Shown here: positions 49,406 through 61,864 of the stretch, piece by piece | Layout: the number at the start of each line of letters is the position of its first letter | How positions within the stretch are numbered: the stretch's first letter is position 1 | Assembly (NCBI GenBank): GCA_035221665.1 | Contig: CM069135.1 | Location: 100,316,001-100,380,000, forward strand | DNA: 64,000 nt | Direction of reading: 5' to 3' | Source: Okamejei kenojei | Lineage: Eukaryota | The notes under the pieces: generated by a model | What the model was told of the DNA's origin: nothing | Databases searched by the model: none | What the model saw: the letters and a program-made list of their open reading frames with translations, nothing else | Program-made: the position numbers and the translations under genes

Positions 49406-50999
49406 CCTCTGCATCCTCTCCAAAGCCTCCACATCTTTCCTGTAATGGGGTGACAAACACGACCTTTCCCAACAAATGTTGCCTGACCCATGGAGTACCT
49501 AATTTTCTGTTTTCATTGCAGAGAATAACTTACAGCAAAGGCCTTTAATATTGTGCTGATTACCTCTGTCAACAGAGAAACGCCAGTTGAAAATGGAGCT
49601 GACAACATTAATAATAGATAATTAAATGTTCTGCAAAATGCAGTGCTGTGGACCAGGAGAGAGCAAATGCAGCTGGGGCCAGAGTTAATTGTGTGCGCTG
49701 TACAGTTGGACTGACATCCCACAATTTCACTCTATTTTCAATGTGCGGGATTGATGCCAAAGTTCACAAACCTTGGTTTTCTTGGAACTCAACAATGGTC
49801 TTCAGTTAATTTAACCTTTCAGAAACCTGCCTGGTGATCAGACCTTGTGATGGGGAGGGGGGATTCCAAGGCACCGTACCATGCGGTGGGCAGGCGAGAG
49901 ATCGAGGCCTCGATTCAGGATGGTTGTTGAGCCCAGTGAATGCAGAGTTTAGGCCAATCAGCGAATTGAGGTTTCAGAGAGTTTGAGCTGAGCACAGAGC
50001 TAAGACCTTTGGACCTACGGCGTGGAAACAGGCCCTTCACCGAGCCCGCACCGACCAGCGATCATCCCGTACACAAGCACTAGGGACAAGTTACAATTTT
50101 ACGCACAATGTTACGTACTATTTCAATTAGGCTTGAGCTTTACACTTGAACTACAATTCACCAAATACACCAAGTAGTAACTCAGCCAACATGGTTTGGT
50201 ATGTCTGCCTACATATTCACCTTGGTATTATCTTCAATGATGAGTTCTTCGCAAAGAGTGTGTCCAGTTCTGCCCTAAGTGCAATCCAAATAGCCAGAGC
50301 CAATTATTTGGATGCAAGAAACTGGAGGTGCTTTAGACTTCGTGGAGATACAGCGTGGAAACAGGCCCTTTGGCACTATCCCGCACAGGAGGGACAATTT
50401 ACCATTTTACCGAAGACAATTAACCTACAAACCTGTATGTCTTTGGAGTGTGGCAGGGAACCAGAGCACCCGGAGAAAACCCACGCAGGGGGTAGGGGGG
50501 TAGGGGGGGAGGAAAGGGAAGATGGGAGGCAAACATTTCTTCTTTCAGGAGTAACGTAGTGCTGAGCTTTGTGAGAGGAGGAGCAGTTTTGTTGAGAGGT
50601 TTAAAATTCCATCAGAGAGAGGATGACTGATTCACTGAAAGAGTTGAGACTATCATCCTGCAGTGTCATCTTCACTTGATGCTCTCATGTTTCTGCCCAG
50701 GCTAATGAAAGTAGCCCTGATTATTCTTCCCTATCCAGGAGCCTTTTATATTTTTGCATCTCTGCTTTCCAATGATGCTAACACCATTTGCTTGCGCTTC
50801 AAACACTTTACCACTCAAAGCACTATTTTTTTTGCAGTTCATTTTCCGCTCTGTGGTGCAATATTTTGTATGCTCTTGGAAGAAAAATATAGCAAGCAGT
50901 GCATTGCTTTAAAAGAAGTATTCTAGCAGGATGTTAAAGCCACTTCACAGGTTTTTGACATCATGCAGAGCAGCCTGAAGCAAGTGGCAGATGTAGGAG

Positions 51000-51194
51000 T
51001 GTGTAGGATGGAAGTGCAGATGCTGGTTTAAACCAAAGATGGGCACAAAATGCTGGAGTAACTCAGCTGGTCAGACAGTATCTCTGGAGAAAAGGAATAG
51101 ATGACGTTTCGGGTGAAGCAGGGTCTCGACTAGTCGTTGTCTCCAGAGAAGCTGTCTGACCCGCTGAGTTACTCCAGCTTTCCGTGTCTACCTT
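51000..51194. mobile_element. Palindromic Penelope-derived mini-element with 15-bp TSD
   Basis: TGGCAGATGTAGGAG at 50985-50999 and 51195-51209; inverted arms. Confidence 0.8.
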
Positions 51195-53076
51195 TGGCAG
51201 ATGTAGGAGGCTTCAATAACTTTCCACAGAGGGCTGAAGATTAAGTCTGCTCAACTGTATCGGCTTTCTGTAGGGAGAACTGCAGATGCTGGTTTATACC
51301 AAAGATAGACACAAAATGCTGGAGTAACTCAGCAGGTCAGGCAGCATCTCTCGGGAAAAGGAATAGGTGACGTTTCCGATTGGAACCCTTCTTCAGACAG
51401 TATACTCTTTGATTGGGGGCATAGGAGAGAGAATGGAAACGGTGATAAAAGAGTTTCTGCTTTGTGTTACGAGGTACTGCATGACATTTGAGATGGAATT
51501 TTCTTTCACAGCAATGTTAACTAATATTCTGTCCCCATATCTATATGATGCGAAGAATTTTCATTCTGCATTCAGTGGGTACATAATAATTTCAGCTTGA
51601 CCGTTTAATGAAGGCACATGGAACAAGTACTTAATTAAGGATATGTACTTGAAGCATTAGAGTGGACCGTGTCCCGGCACTGCCTTGACTCTAATCTCCA
51701 TTTAAGTGATACATTCCACAATTCTTGTACTTTTTTTGACAGAAATATCATGCAATGTACAGAAATGTAAGTATTGTTCATGATTTATTTTAGCTGAAAC
51801 ACGCACTGGATTTGAATAATTGATGTCTGTGTAGTGGGTGTCCTCATTGGCATTCTGTATGTGGTGATGAATGGGGCGTTGTGAAAGATTCTAAACTTAA
51901 ATGTAACATCCTCAGTTGCGTGCATCAATAATCCGCCTCGCCTGAGCCTTGAGTTTCTCTCTCAGGGGAACCAGCTACTGACTCCCTTCTTCACAGAAAC
52001 CTAATTTTCATAAGTCTTTGGAGCAGAATTGGGCCATTTGGACCATTGAGTCTCCTCCGCCATTCTACCATGTCTGATCTATCTTTCCATCACGACCCCA
52101 TTCTGCTTTGACACCCTTACTAAACAAGAATCTGTCAATCTCCGCTTTACACCTCACGCTGCCTCGGCAAGGCCACCAGCATAATCAAGGATGAGTCGCA
52201 CCCTGGCCTCTCCCTCTTCTCCCCTCTGCAAAGACTTGTCCCACACCAGTCATTCCCTCTTCTCCTTACTCCCACCTGACAGAATGTACACAGGCTTCTT
52301 CTCCTCTGTTGCCAGACTTCTAAATGGCCCTTCCATAAGCTAGGGTACTGTCCAATTCACCTCTACCCCATCTTAGACATTGGACTTTGTCCATGGAACA
52401 GATACACTACAATGCTAAGAACTATATTCTGCACTTTGTATCTTCCCCTTTGCTCAATCTATTGTAGTGAGTTTGACTTGACTGTATCATGTATCTGATC
52501 TATTTGGATAGCATGCAAAACAAAGCTTTCCACTAACTCTCGGTACACATGACAATGTTGAACCCAAATCTAAATTCACCATGTTTTAGGCTGTAAAATA
52601 CTTGCCAATTAAGCCCCAAAATATTTTTTGATATGTTATATATTTTCACCTGGAACTAATTCAGTAATCATATGTCCAAGCAATGTTTGTTGAAGTTACT
52701 TCAGCAGTACTTCTTCAAAAGTGCTGATAGTATCAAAACTCCATGAATTATATTGAGAGGGTTCAGGGACTAAATATTCCAGGGTCAGAGTACTGAATGA
52801 GTACCTCACAGCAGGGAGATATATCAATTTAGTTTTGGTTTCCTTTTTTTATGTTAAGGGCTTGATAACATTGCAGTAACTTTTTAAGGTTAATATGACA
52901 TGGCTGGTATAACTGGAAAATGAAAAATAAGCAGATGCAGGAAACATGAAATAAAAACAGAAAATGCCAGAGACACTCAACAGGCCAGGCAGCATCTGCG
53001 TAGGAAAAAATACAGGTAATGTTTCAAGTCAATGATCTTTCACCTTACATGATTAAACCTCAGTAAGTTTTGTTTA

Positions 53077-53660
53077 GACACAAGGAACTGCAGACAATGA
53101 TTTGCAAAAATAGGCACAAAGTGCAGGATTAACTCAGCGGATCAGACAACATCTCTGGAGAACATGGATAGGTGACATTTTGGTTTGGGTACCTTCTTCA
53201 GACTGATTGCCAGAGTGAAGCCATGTGCAAAATGGCACCCCATATTACACTTGGGTACCTAATGGTCCGAACACTGAATTTGCCAATTTTTAGTTACCTA
53301 CCAACAACATCTCTCCCTCCATGTTTCTCCATCTCTTCCCTGTGCCCCACTTGTATGCGCACCCACTTCTCTCACTGTCTTGCCTCCCTTTCCACTTCCC
53401 ATATTCCTGTCCATGGCTTCATATTTTGCATCTCCTCTCCTTATCTCAATGATCTTCCTCCCATCTCTAGCTTTCTACCTCCCCCTCTTCAGCTCACTTG
53501 TATCCACATATCACTTGCCTGGCTTTGTCCTGCCTGCACCTCGCTTCCAGTTTTCTCCCCCCTACTAGAGACAGTCTGAAGAAGGGTCCCGACCCGAAAT
53601 GTCACCTATTTTCTCGAGAGATGTTGCCTGACCCCCTGAGTTACTCCAGCACTTTGGGTC
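53077..53660 (+). mobile_element. Penelope element 3' end with inverted upstream terminal repeat
   Basis: CQSEAMCK..HLGT..NGPNTEFANF (GIY-YIG C-terminus remnant), CT-rich UTR, and terminal repeat with CTGAAGAAGGGTCCCGACCCGAAATGTC (53576-53603). Inverted copy at 53077-53205. Confidence 0.75.
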
Positions 53661-54009
53661 TTTATGTTTCGTTTAACAAGGAGAAAAATACTGGATATTT
53701 ACCATTTATCAAAGATAATCAATGCTATTAGCAACAAATCAAACAAATGAACTACATCTCAACTCCTAGTCTCAAGCTAACTAAAACAATAATTAATTCT
53801 CTGTTTGCAGATGTTTTCACAGCAGGTACATGGATGTCACGATGCTGCCAGTGACTCAATACAGATTGAAAATACAAAATTCATCAACCGTATCCTTTCA
53901 CCTTATGCTGCTTAACTGCATGGTGAGAAATATCGAGCTTTCCTGCACAGATGTTCTTCTGAGTCTTTGGAAAAGGGCAGAGGGCTGCATGGTGCTTCAG
54001 AGGCCGATG

Positions 54010-54285
54010 CGGTGACACAGCGGTGCAGAGCTGCTGCCTTAGTGCCAGAGACCAGGGTTCAACCCTGACTACAGGGGCTGTCAGTATGGAGTTCGTACAT
54101 TCTCCCCATGACCTACGTGGGTTTTCTCCTGGGAGCTCCGGTTTCCACCCACACTCCAAAGATGTACAGGTTTGTAGATTGGCCCTAGTGTATGTGGGAT
54201 AGTGTTAGTGTATGGAGATCGCTGGTCGGCGCGGATTCAGTGGGCTGAAAGGCCTGGTTCCATGTTCAACTAAACTAAACTAAAA
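54010..54285 (+). mobile_element. HE1-like SINE
   Basis: Matches the SINE consensus. Confidence 0.82.
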
Positions 54286-54384
54286 GAGCTGACCAAGCTA
54301 TTTGCACTCCTCGTATTTTCCTCATAACCTGTAAATCAACCCTCTTCAAGTCTGATTACTTTAGAAAGCCCCTCAGGAATGTCA

Positions 54385-54700
54385 TTTTAGTTTTAGTTTT
54401 AGAGCTACAGCGTGGAAACTGGCCCTTCGCCCCACCGGGTCTGCACTGAATAAAGATCATACATTCACGTTGGATCTATATTATTCCAGTTTCGCATCCT
54501 ATACACTACCCGCTATTTACAGGAGCCAATTAACCTACAAACCTTTGGAATGTGGAAGCAAATCAGAGCACCCGGAGAAAACCCACATGGGTCACGGTGA
54601 GAACGTACAAACTCTGTACAGACAGCACCCGCAGGCAAGATCGAACCCAGGTCCCTGGCACTCTAAGGCAGCAACACTACCGCTGCGCCACTGTGCCACC
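54385..54700 (-). mobile_element. HE1-like SINE
   Basis: Reverse-complement match to the SINE consensus. Confidence 0.8.
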
Positions 54701-55322
54701 CTTGGTTTTACAAAACCTTTTATGTATTGCTATTCAGACGTTAAAAATCCTTTGCACAAAAAACAAATCCTTTAGTTAATTTGCCAATAATTTGAAATAT
54801 ATGACTTTTGGTTACCAAGCCACTTACCGGAGGAAACAATTGCTTCCAAATTGTTCTATTAAAACACTTCATAACTTAATAGCTCTAATAGTAACATGCT
54901 CTGGCCCATGGAGAGTAATTCCAAATTTCCTATTCCCTACATAAGCAAGTCACAGATGAAGTACTTTACAGAGCTCTGACAACACCACGGGACGTGCAAT
55001 TACAGGAATAAAGTGCTGAGAAGATTTATGAGGATGTTGTCAGGGCTGTAAAAGTTAGTTGTCAGGAGAGCCAATCTAGACCAGGGGTTATTTTCTTTGG
55101 AACAAAGGAAATTGAGGGGAGCTTTAACTGATTATATTATAGGAGGGGTGTATTTGTACTGGAGAGGATGCAGAAGAAATTCACCAGGATGTTGCCTGGG
55201 ATGGAATATTTCCGCTCGGAAGAGAGACGGGATGGCGAGGGGTTTGTTTTACATCGAGTAAAGGCAGCAGGGCACGGGAGGTGTCGGAGTAAGGTATATT
55301 AAATTATTTTTCTTAGATGTAG

Positions 55323-55612
55323 ATTTAGAGAAACAGCGTAGAAACAGGTCCTGCAGCACACCGCACCGCCCCGTCCACGCCCCTGAGCACTATCCTCACA
55401 CTAGGGACAATTTACAATTTTTTTACCAAGGTTAATTAACCTATGTTCCTGTACATCTTTGGAATGTGCGAAGCAGCTGGAGCTCCCAGAGAAAACTCAC
55501 ACGATCACGGGGAGAACATACAAACTCCGTACAGGCAGCACCTGTAGTCAGGATCAAACCCGGGTTTCTGGTGCTGTTAGGCAGCATCTCAACCACCACG
55601 CCATTGTGCCAC
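55323..55612 (-). mobile_element. HE1-like SINE within old CR1 remnants (~55000-55940)
   Basis: Reverse-complement SINE consensus. Flanks show LERMQKKFTRMLPG-like remnants. Confidence 0.75.
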
Positions 55613-58019
55613 CTGTTATGGAGGGCATAGAGAGTGTAGATAGCAAGGAACAGTTTTCTTTTAGCAGAAATGTCTATGACCGGAGCACACATGTTTAAAA
55701 CACGAGCTAAGAGCTGTGGACAATATTCACGGACGATTTTTTAATGAGTATCTGAAATCCGGAATTCACTGCCTGTGGGAATAGTGGGGGTGTTTAAGAA
55801 GTATTTAGATAAATACTTGAAACACTGAGACATGGAAGGCAGATAGGCCAGTGGTTGGAGATGGAATTTGTATAGATCAATACCCAATGGTTGGCACAGG
55901 CGTGGTGGGCCGGAGGGCCTGTGTCTGTGCTCTGTGAGTCTATATCTTTAAAAAAAATGATAGAAGGCCCAGGTGCCTTGTAAAGGGATGGCAGCGCTGC
56001 AGCAGTTCATGCTACAACCTCATAGTTTCAGGATCCTGAGTTTAATCGTGAGCTCAGGTGCGATCGGAGCGTTGCTTGCACATTATTCTCCATTGTTGTC
56101 CCCATGACTCCATTGTTTCCTCCAGGTGCTCTAGCATGTCCCAAAGACATTCTGGTAGTTTACTGTCAACTTAAGGGTATGCTAGAAGCAAAAAGAATCA
56201 AAAGTGCAATGATGGTGAACTTTGAGACAGACTAAGCAACCTATTGATAGAAGCCATGGGATTGAGGAAATATTTTCCAGAAATAAAGATAACGTAAAAG
56301 GAATAAATGGGTTTACTTCCCAGAACCTGACACAGCCCCGATGGGCCAAATGGCTCCTTGTGTGATAAGACAGACAGGTGAAGACAAAGGATTCATTCTT
56401 CTTGGTACAGAAATTGATAACTGGGAAACATACGTTTAAATCAATTGGTAAAAATATGAGATGGGATTGAGGAAATATTTTAATATCCAAACTAGAGTGA
56501 AGATCTGGAACTGACTATTGAAAGAGGTGGTAGATGCACTAACTCTAAGCACCTTTAAGGGTTAAAAAAAATTGAACTGCTGGAGGGACTCAGCAGCTCC
56601 AACAACATGTGTGGAGGGAAATGAACAGATGACGCCTCAGGTCAGGACAATTCTTCAGACTTTTGGCCCAACCTAGACTCTTCCCTCCCCAGATGCTGCC
56701 TGACCTGCTGAGTTCCTCCGGCACTTTATTTATGGCGAAGGCTCCAACATCTGGTGTTCCTTGCGTCTCTACCTTTAAGGGATACTTGATAAGCGCTTGA
56801 AAAGCCCTAACCTGCACGCATTAGCATGGGCAAGATGAACTGAATGATGAACTGAAAATCATTGATTTTGTATTTAGGTTTTAGTTTTAGTGCTACAGTG
56901 CGGAAACAGGCCCTTCGGCCCACCAAGTGCACGCCGACCAGCAATCATCCCGTACACTAGCACTATCCTACACACTAGGGACAATTTCATGTCCCTTTTT
57001 ACAAAGCCAAATATTCCCTAACCTTGAGTAACATATCCATTTATACTCCAAGATATGTGAAAATGTAACTTTCCTCATCCCTCTTATCCACCCTACAGCT
57101 TAAAATATAGTGTACTCTTATCTCCAAGCCCAAAGTATCTGACCACTCATTGAAATGGAATTATTCCTATGGAAGTAACAGTGCCCATATTTACTTGCCA
57201 GCCAGAATCATGTGTGGTGCTCGGGTTTAAGAACCCTAAATATACTTCTTCATGTGTGTAATGCGGGATATGGAAGCAAATAATATCAGCCTTCTCTTGT
57301 TCCAGCATGACTGAGATTAACCACAGCATGAAGTAGGAATAAAGACTAGAGTTTTATGGTTGTTCCACTTAATATGCAATGAGCAAAAATGCACAGATGG
57401 GACTGTTTAACGCAAATTCTTAAAAAGGGTTTAGAGAGAAAGATGAGAGAGGCAAAGGTTAATGGAGATGTGCAGGGCAAGTGTTTTTGTTTTCCATGGA
57501 GGGTGGTGGGTGCCTGTAACACGCTTGTATGGTGGCTGTAGAGGCAGATAGAATAATGGCATTCAAGAGGCTTTTGGATAGGCACGTGGACATGCAGCGA
57601 ATGGAGGGATATGGATCAGGTGTAAGCACAGAAGATTTGTTTAACCAGGCATTGTGTTTGGCATGGACATTGAAGGCTGCAGGGTTCCTACGTTCCTATG
57701 TTCCTATACTGCTTTATCTTCAATGTTCTATGTTATTCGTAATAAAAAATAAGCTTAACATATCCCTTGGCATAGATAATGCATGGGGGAAAAAAAACAC
57801 AAGTGAAACACTCAGCGGTTCATGCTGCATCTCTGGAGGTCATGGTTAGGTGACATTTTGGATCAGGACCTTTTTCAAACCAATTGTAAGGGAGGAGGCT
57901 GGAAAAGAGGTGGGGGCACGACAATGCCCGACAAGTGTTAAGTGGAGGAAGGAACTGCAGATGCTTGTCAGTCTGAAGATCGGGTTCCGACCCAAAAGGG
58001 TTCACACCCGTCCGTTTTC

Positions 58020-58058
<39 letters not shown>

Positions 58059-58219
58059 TGCCTGACCCGCTGAGTTACTCCAGCACTTAGTGTCTATTTC
58101 AGTAATAGGTGGATACAGGGGAGGGGAGGGGGTTTGGGGTTTGATAGGGTGGTGGGAGGAGTGGGGGGCATGCACACACAGGAAGTTCTGCAGAATTAGC
58201 AGTCAACTCCAGAGTGCAA

Positions 58220-58412
58220 CAAAGGCAGAGTAACTCAGTGGGACAGGCAGCATCTCTGGAGAGAAGGAATGGGTTGAGACGTCTGAAGAAGGGTCTCGAC
58301 CCGAAATGTCACCCATTCCGTCTCTCCAGAGATGCTGCCTGTCCCGTTGAGTTACTCCAGCATTTAGTGTCTACCTTCGATTTAAACCAGCATCTGCAGT
58401 TCTTTCCTACAC
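58220..58412. mobile_element. Palindromic Penelope-derived mini-element
   Basis: Well-preserved right arm gtctgaagaagggtctcgacccgaaatgtcacccattcc...ccagcatctgcagttctttcctac. Confidence 0.8.
58283..58310 (+). ncRNA. Putative minimal hammerhead ribozyme motif (Penelope-associated)
   Basis: CTGAAGA-A-GGGTC TC GACCC-GAAA-TGTC. Perfect stem II; ACGT decayed to ATGT. Confidence 0.5.
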
Positions 58413-59196
58413 ATGGTTCAACAAATGCAGGTCAACATTAAATTTCAGCTTTCGTATGAAAGACAGCTGCAGAGTCAAAATAAGTAGTTCTCTTGTTGTT
58501 CTATGTCCCAATGTGGATGCAGCTAATCTACAGTACACAACAGTTGGCTTAATGGCCAACGAATTTGAATGGGGTTTTCTGGTATTCAACTACAAGAGGA
58601 CTGACAGCTGGCCACAACACTGCATTAACTCCAGATTTATCCTCTGGCCACCATCTTTGGACATCATTTAGTTTTGGCGAGAAATACAATTTTATTTCCC
58701 AATCTGCTAGCAGCTTTAGGTCAAATTTGTAGCCTTTTAAAACCAGGATTAAGTCTCCTTGAAACTTTTTGACTTCCACCCCCTTTCCCCAACGCTTCAG
58801 ATATTTTAGGCATGTTTTCATCACTTAAGTTTGGAAATGATAAATGAGTCAAGAGAGCGGGTGTTTGCAATAGAGAGGAACTTGGATTCCTTGGTGTTGT
58901 ATTCCTTCAGCTGTTCCAACGGACTTCTGCTGTAATTCCAGCAACTGTCTAGGGAAACAGTCCCAGAATGAGGCCTGGGCTTAGATTTTCCACAAGGTAT
59001 TGAGGGATGTGAAGGACACAGAGCTAGCGACGCAGAACAATGGTGGTAGGGCAGGGACCTGTTATTCTGCCAACTACTGCTTCCATATTGCCAGCAGTGG
59101 TGCCCAGCAGTGGAGGGCACTAGGAGGGAATTATAAGCCAGTGATCCTCATGTCTGTGGTAGGTTTAGTATTATTAATTAATTTATTATTAACAGA

Positions 59197-59478
59197 TTAG
59201 TTTAGAGATACAGCACGGAAACAGGCCCTCTCGTCCCTCCGAGTCTGCACCGACCAGCGATGCCCGCACATTAACACTACCCTTCACACGCTAAGGACAA
59301 TTTACATTTATACCAAGCCAATTAACCTACAAGCCTGTACGTCTTTGGAGTGTGGGAGGAAGCCAAAGATCTCGGAGAAAACCCTCATTTCACGTGGAGA
59401 ACGTACAAACTCCGTACAGACAGCACCCATAGTCAGGATCGAACCCAGGTCTCTGGCACTGTCTCCACCGTGCTGCCC
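59197..59478 (-). mobile_element. HE1-like SINE
   Basis: Reverse-complement match to the SINE consensus. Confidence 0.82.
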
Positions 59479-59904
59479 TTAAAGGTTGAAGAATGAAAGC
59501 TCAAAGAGAAACAAACGTTATATTGAGCATGATAATTGTGAAGGGAGGGTGTAAATGCATAATATGAAAACATGAGATATGACTTTTAAATGTGGCTGTA
59601 AGGAACATGTTGAATTGAACTTTCGTGAAAAGGAGTAGAAGTTGTGTTGAACCTAACCCTATGCAGACAAAGAATGGAAGAACAAGTAAGTTATCTGAAA
59701 GATGGATTCGGGCAAGATAATGAATAAAGGCAGCAGTTTGCAAGAGGGTCAAAGATAGACACAAAGTGCAGGAGTAACTCAGTAAAACTTGCTGGATTCT
59801 CCTACACTAACCCATTGGAAATCGATGAGGTGGAAAAGAGGACAACGTTAAGTGGCAAGCCTTACTGGTAACCTTCCACCAGGATGATTTGCCTCCTTTA
59901 CTGT

Positions 59905-60051
59905 GTCGGGAGGAACAGCAGATGCGGGTTTAAACCAAATAGATATACAAAAAACTGGAATAACTCAGCGGTCAGGCTGAGAAAAGGAAAAGAAGTAGGC
60001 CCAAAATACCATCTATTCCTTTTCTCCACAGATGCTGCCTGACCTGCTGTG
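59905..60051. mobile_element. Collapsed palindromic Penelope mini-element with 17-bp TSD
   Basis: TTTGCCTCCTTTACTGT at 59888-59904 and 60052-60068. Confidence 0.75.
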
Positions 60052-60615
60052 TTTGCCTCCTTTACTGTCATCTGTCCACCCACAATCCCACCTCCCTTGA
60101 TCTTGTCATAGCTCTTGCCTTGTCAGCTACCATTTAACTGCAAACACATGATAGGCATTGGGTCCTTGGCTGCTTCCCTCCATAGTGTTCACACACTAAG
60201 GGTCTACCTGATGGTTGACGTGAGTCTGGAGAAGGGCCACAACCGAAACGTCACCTATTCCTTTTCTCCAAAGATGCTGCCTGACCCGCTGAGGTACTCC
60301 AATATTTTGTGTCTATCTATGGGTCTACCAAAGTGGTTGGACCATTTGACCCTTGGGAGTCCATTGATCTCCTCTCTTTGATGAGGTCTACTGCATTACA
60401 GGAGAGGCTTTAATAGTGGTCTCCGTTGTCTCAGCTGAGGTTATTTCATTTTCTGCACTCGTTAACTTTTTGGATCCTCCCTTAGGAGTTGTGGTGGTGA
60501 AGATATGCGTGTTCTCCCCTGAAAAATTCAGAAAATGGCGGGGGACCCGATATTCCACCGGAAATCTGCCCTGTTCGGCAACAGTCCCTCTCCTCAGAAT
60601 AATAAAGGAGAGTTA

Positions 60616-60954
60616 AGCCCCTGTCTCACTTTCCCGAGTTACTCACGAATTCTCCAGAGTTTTCCCCTTGATTCAAACTCGGAGAATTACGGTAATAGCC
60701 AGCCGTAGGTACACGGGGCTATTTTTTTTTACTCATGGACATTTTTCAACATGCTGAAAAAACGTCCCAACTTACCTGATGCCCCGAGTACCTACGGCTG
60801 GCATTACGAGCCGCTACAAAATATCTATGGACTCCTACGGCCTCCTACAGATTTGCTACGGCTTCCTACGCTCGCTACAGACATTCTCCGAGTTTTAATC
60901 AAGGGGAAAACGCAGGAGAATTTGTGGGTAACTCGGGAAAGTGGGACAAGGGCT
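60616..60954. mobile_element. PIF/Harbinger-like MITE (related family)
   Basis: TIRs AGCCCCTGTCTCACTTTCCCGAGTTAC / GTAACTCGGGAAAGTGGGACAAGGGCT. TTA TSD. Internal ctacg repeats shared with 27022-27254. Confidence 0.8.
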
Positions 60955-61864
60955 TTACGCCCATGAAATTCCTACCCAACTGTAAAGAGAACCACAAAGC
61001 TTCCCTCTGTTTCACCAACCCTCCCCTCCACCAGCACCACAATGTTTAATTGGCAATATTTAAGGTCATAAGGTCATAAGGAATAGGAGTAGAATTAGGC
61101 TATTCTGCCCATCAAATCTACTCCATCATTCAATCTCTCCCTCCTAACCCCATTCTCCTGCCTTCTCCCCATAACCTCTGACACCTGTACTGATCAAGAA
61201 TCTATCTATCTCTGCCTTAAAAATATCCACTGACTTGCTGCACTGACTTTCCACTAATCCATACTTTTTAAGTGACTCTGGAAACAATATTGTGCACCTG
61301 GTTTACAACAAAAGCTAATGTAATATGAGCATATACAAATATAAATGGTCCATCAATCAATTAATTAATGGTACAGTGAAATTCATTTTTGTATACAGCT
61401 CAGTATGTATCACTAAACAGAGGAAAAATGGTCTGAGGACAAACTAATTATTCTAGGCTATCAAACTATTTATTTGCACATCCTATGACTGATTCCATTG
61501 CCAGAAATGGCGATGCAATCCACATTTGTAAAGCTACTCGGGGATTTTTACAACAGAATGTACTTACAACCACATCTCACGGGTCCTCTGCATTCTTCCA
61601 CCCTTATAACACACTTTTTTTCGTCGCCAGGACATCCTTTGGTCAGCAAGACCTCTCTCACTCCAATACCTTGTCATAAAGAGGCCAATGTTAATACAAT
61701 GGGATAAAGATTTCATCACTCTCTTTAAATCAATTAGTTTTTGGTGGGATAATGGGTAAGTGCATATCATTAAGTGCACTATGTGGCTTCTCTTTTGAGA
61801 TTTGGCTGTTAGATGTGCATTCTTGACAATCAATAAAGATGTTTGGATTGAAGTTCTATCCTCG

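Noticed and set aside
59085-59130. CTCF-like motifs (ccagcagtggtgc, ccagcagtggaggg)
   Set aside because: Spacing is one base off the CCASYAGRKGGC core and cannot be supported without ChIP data.
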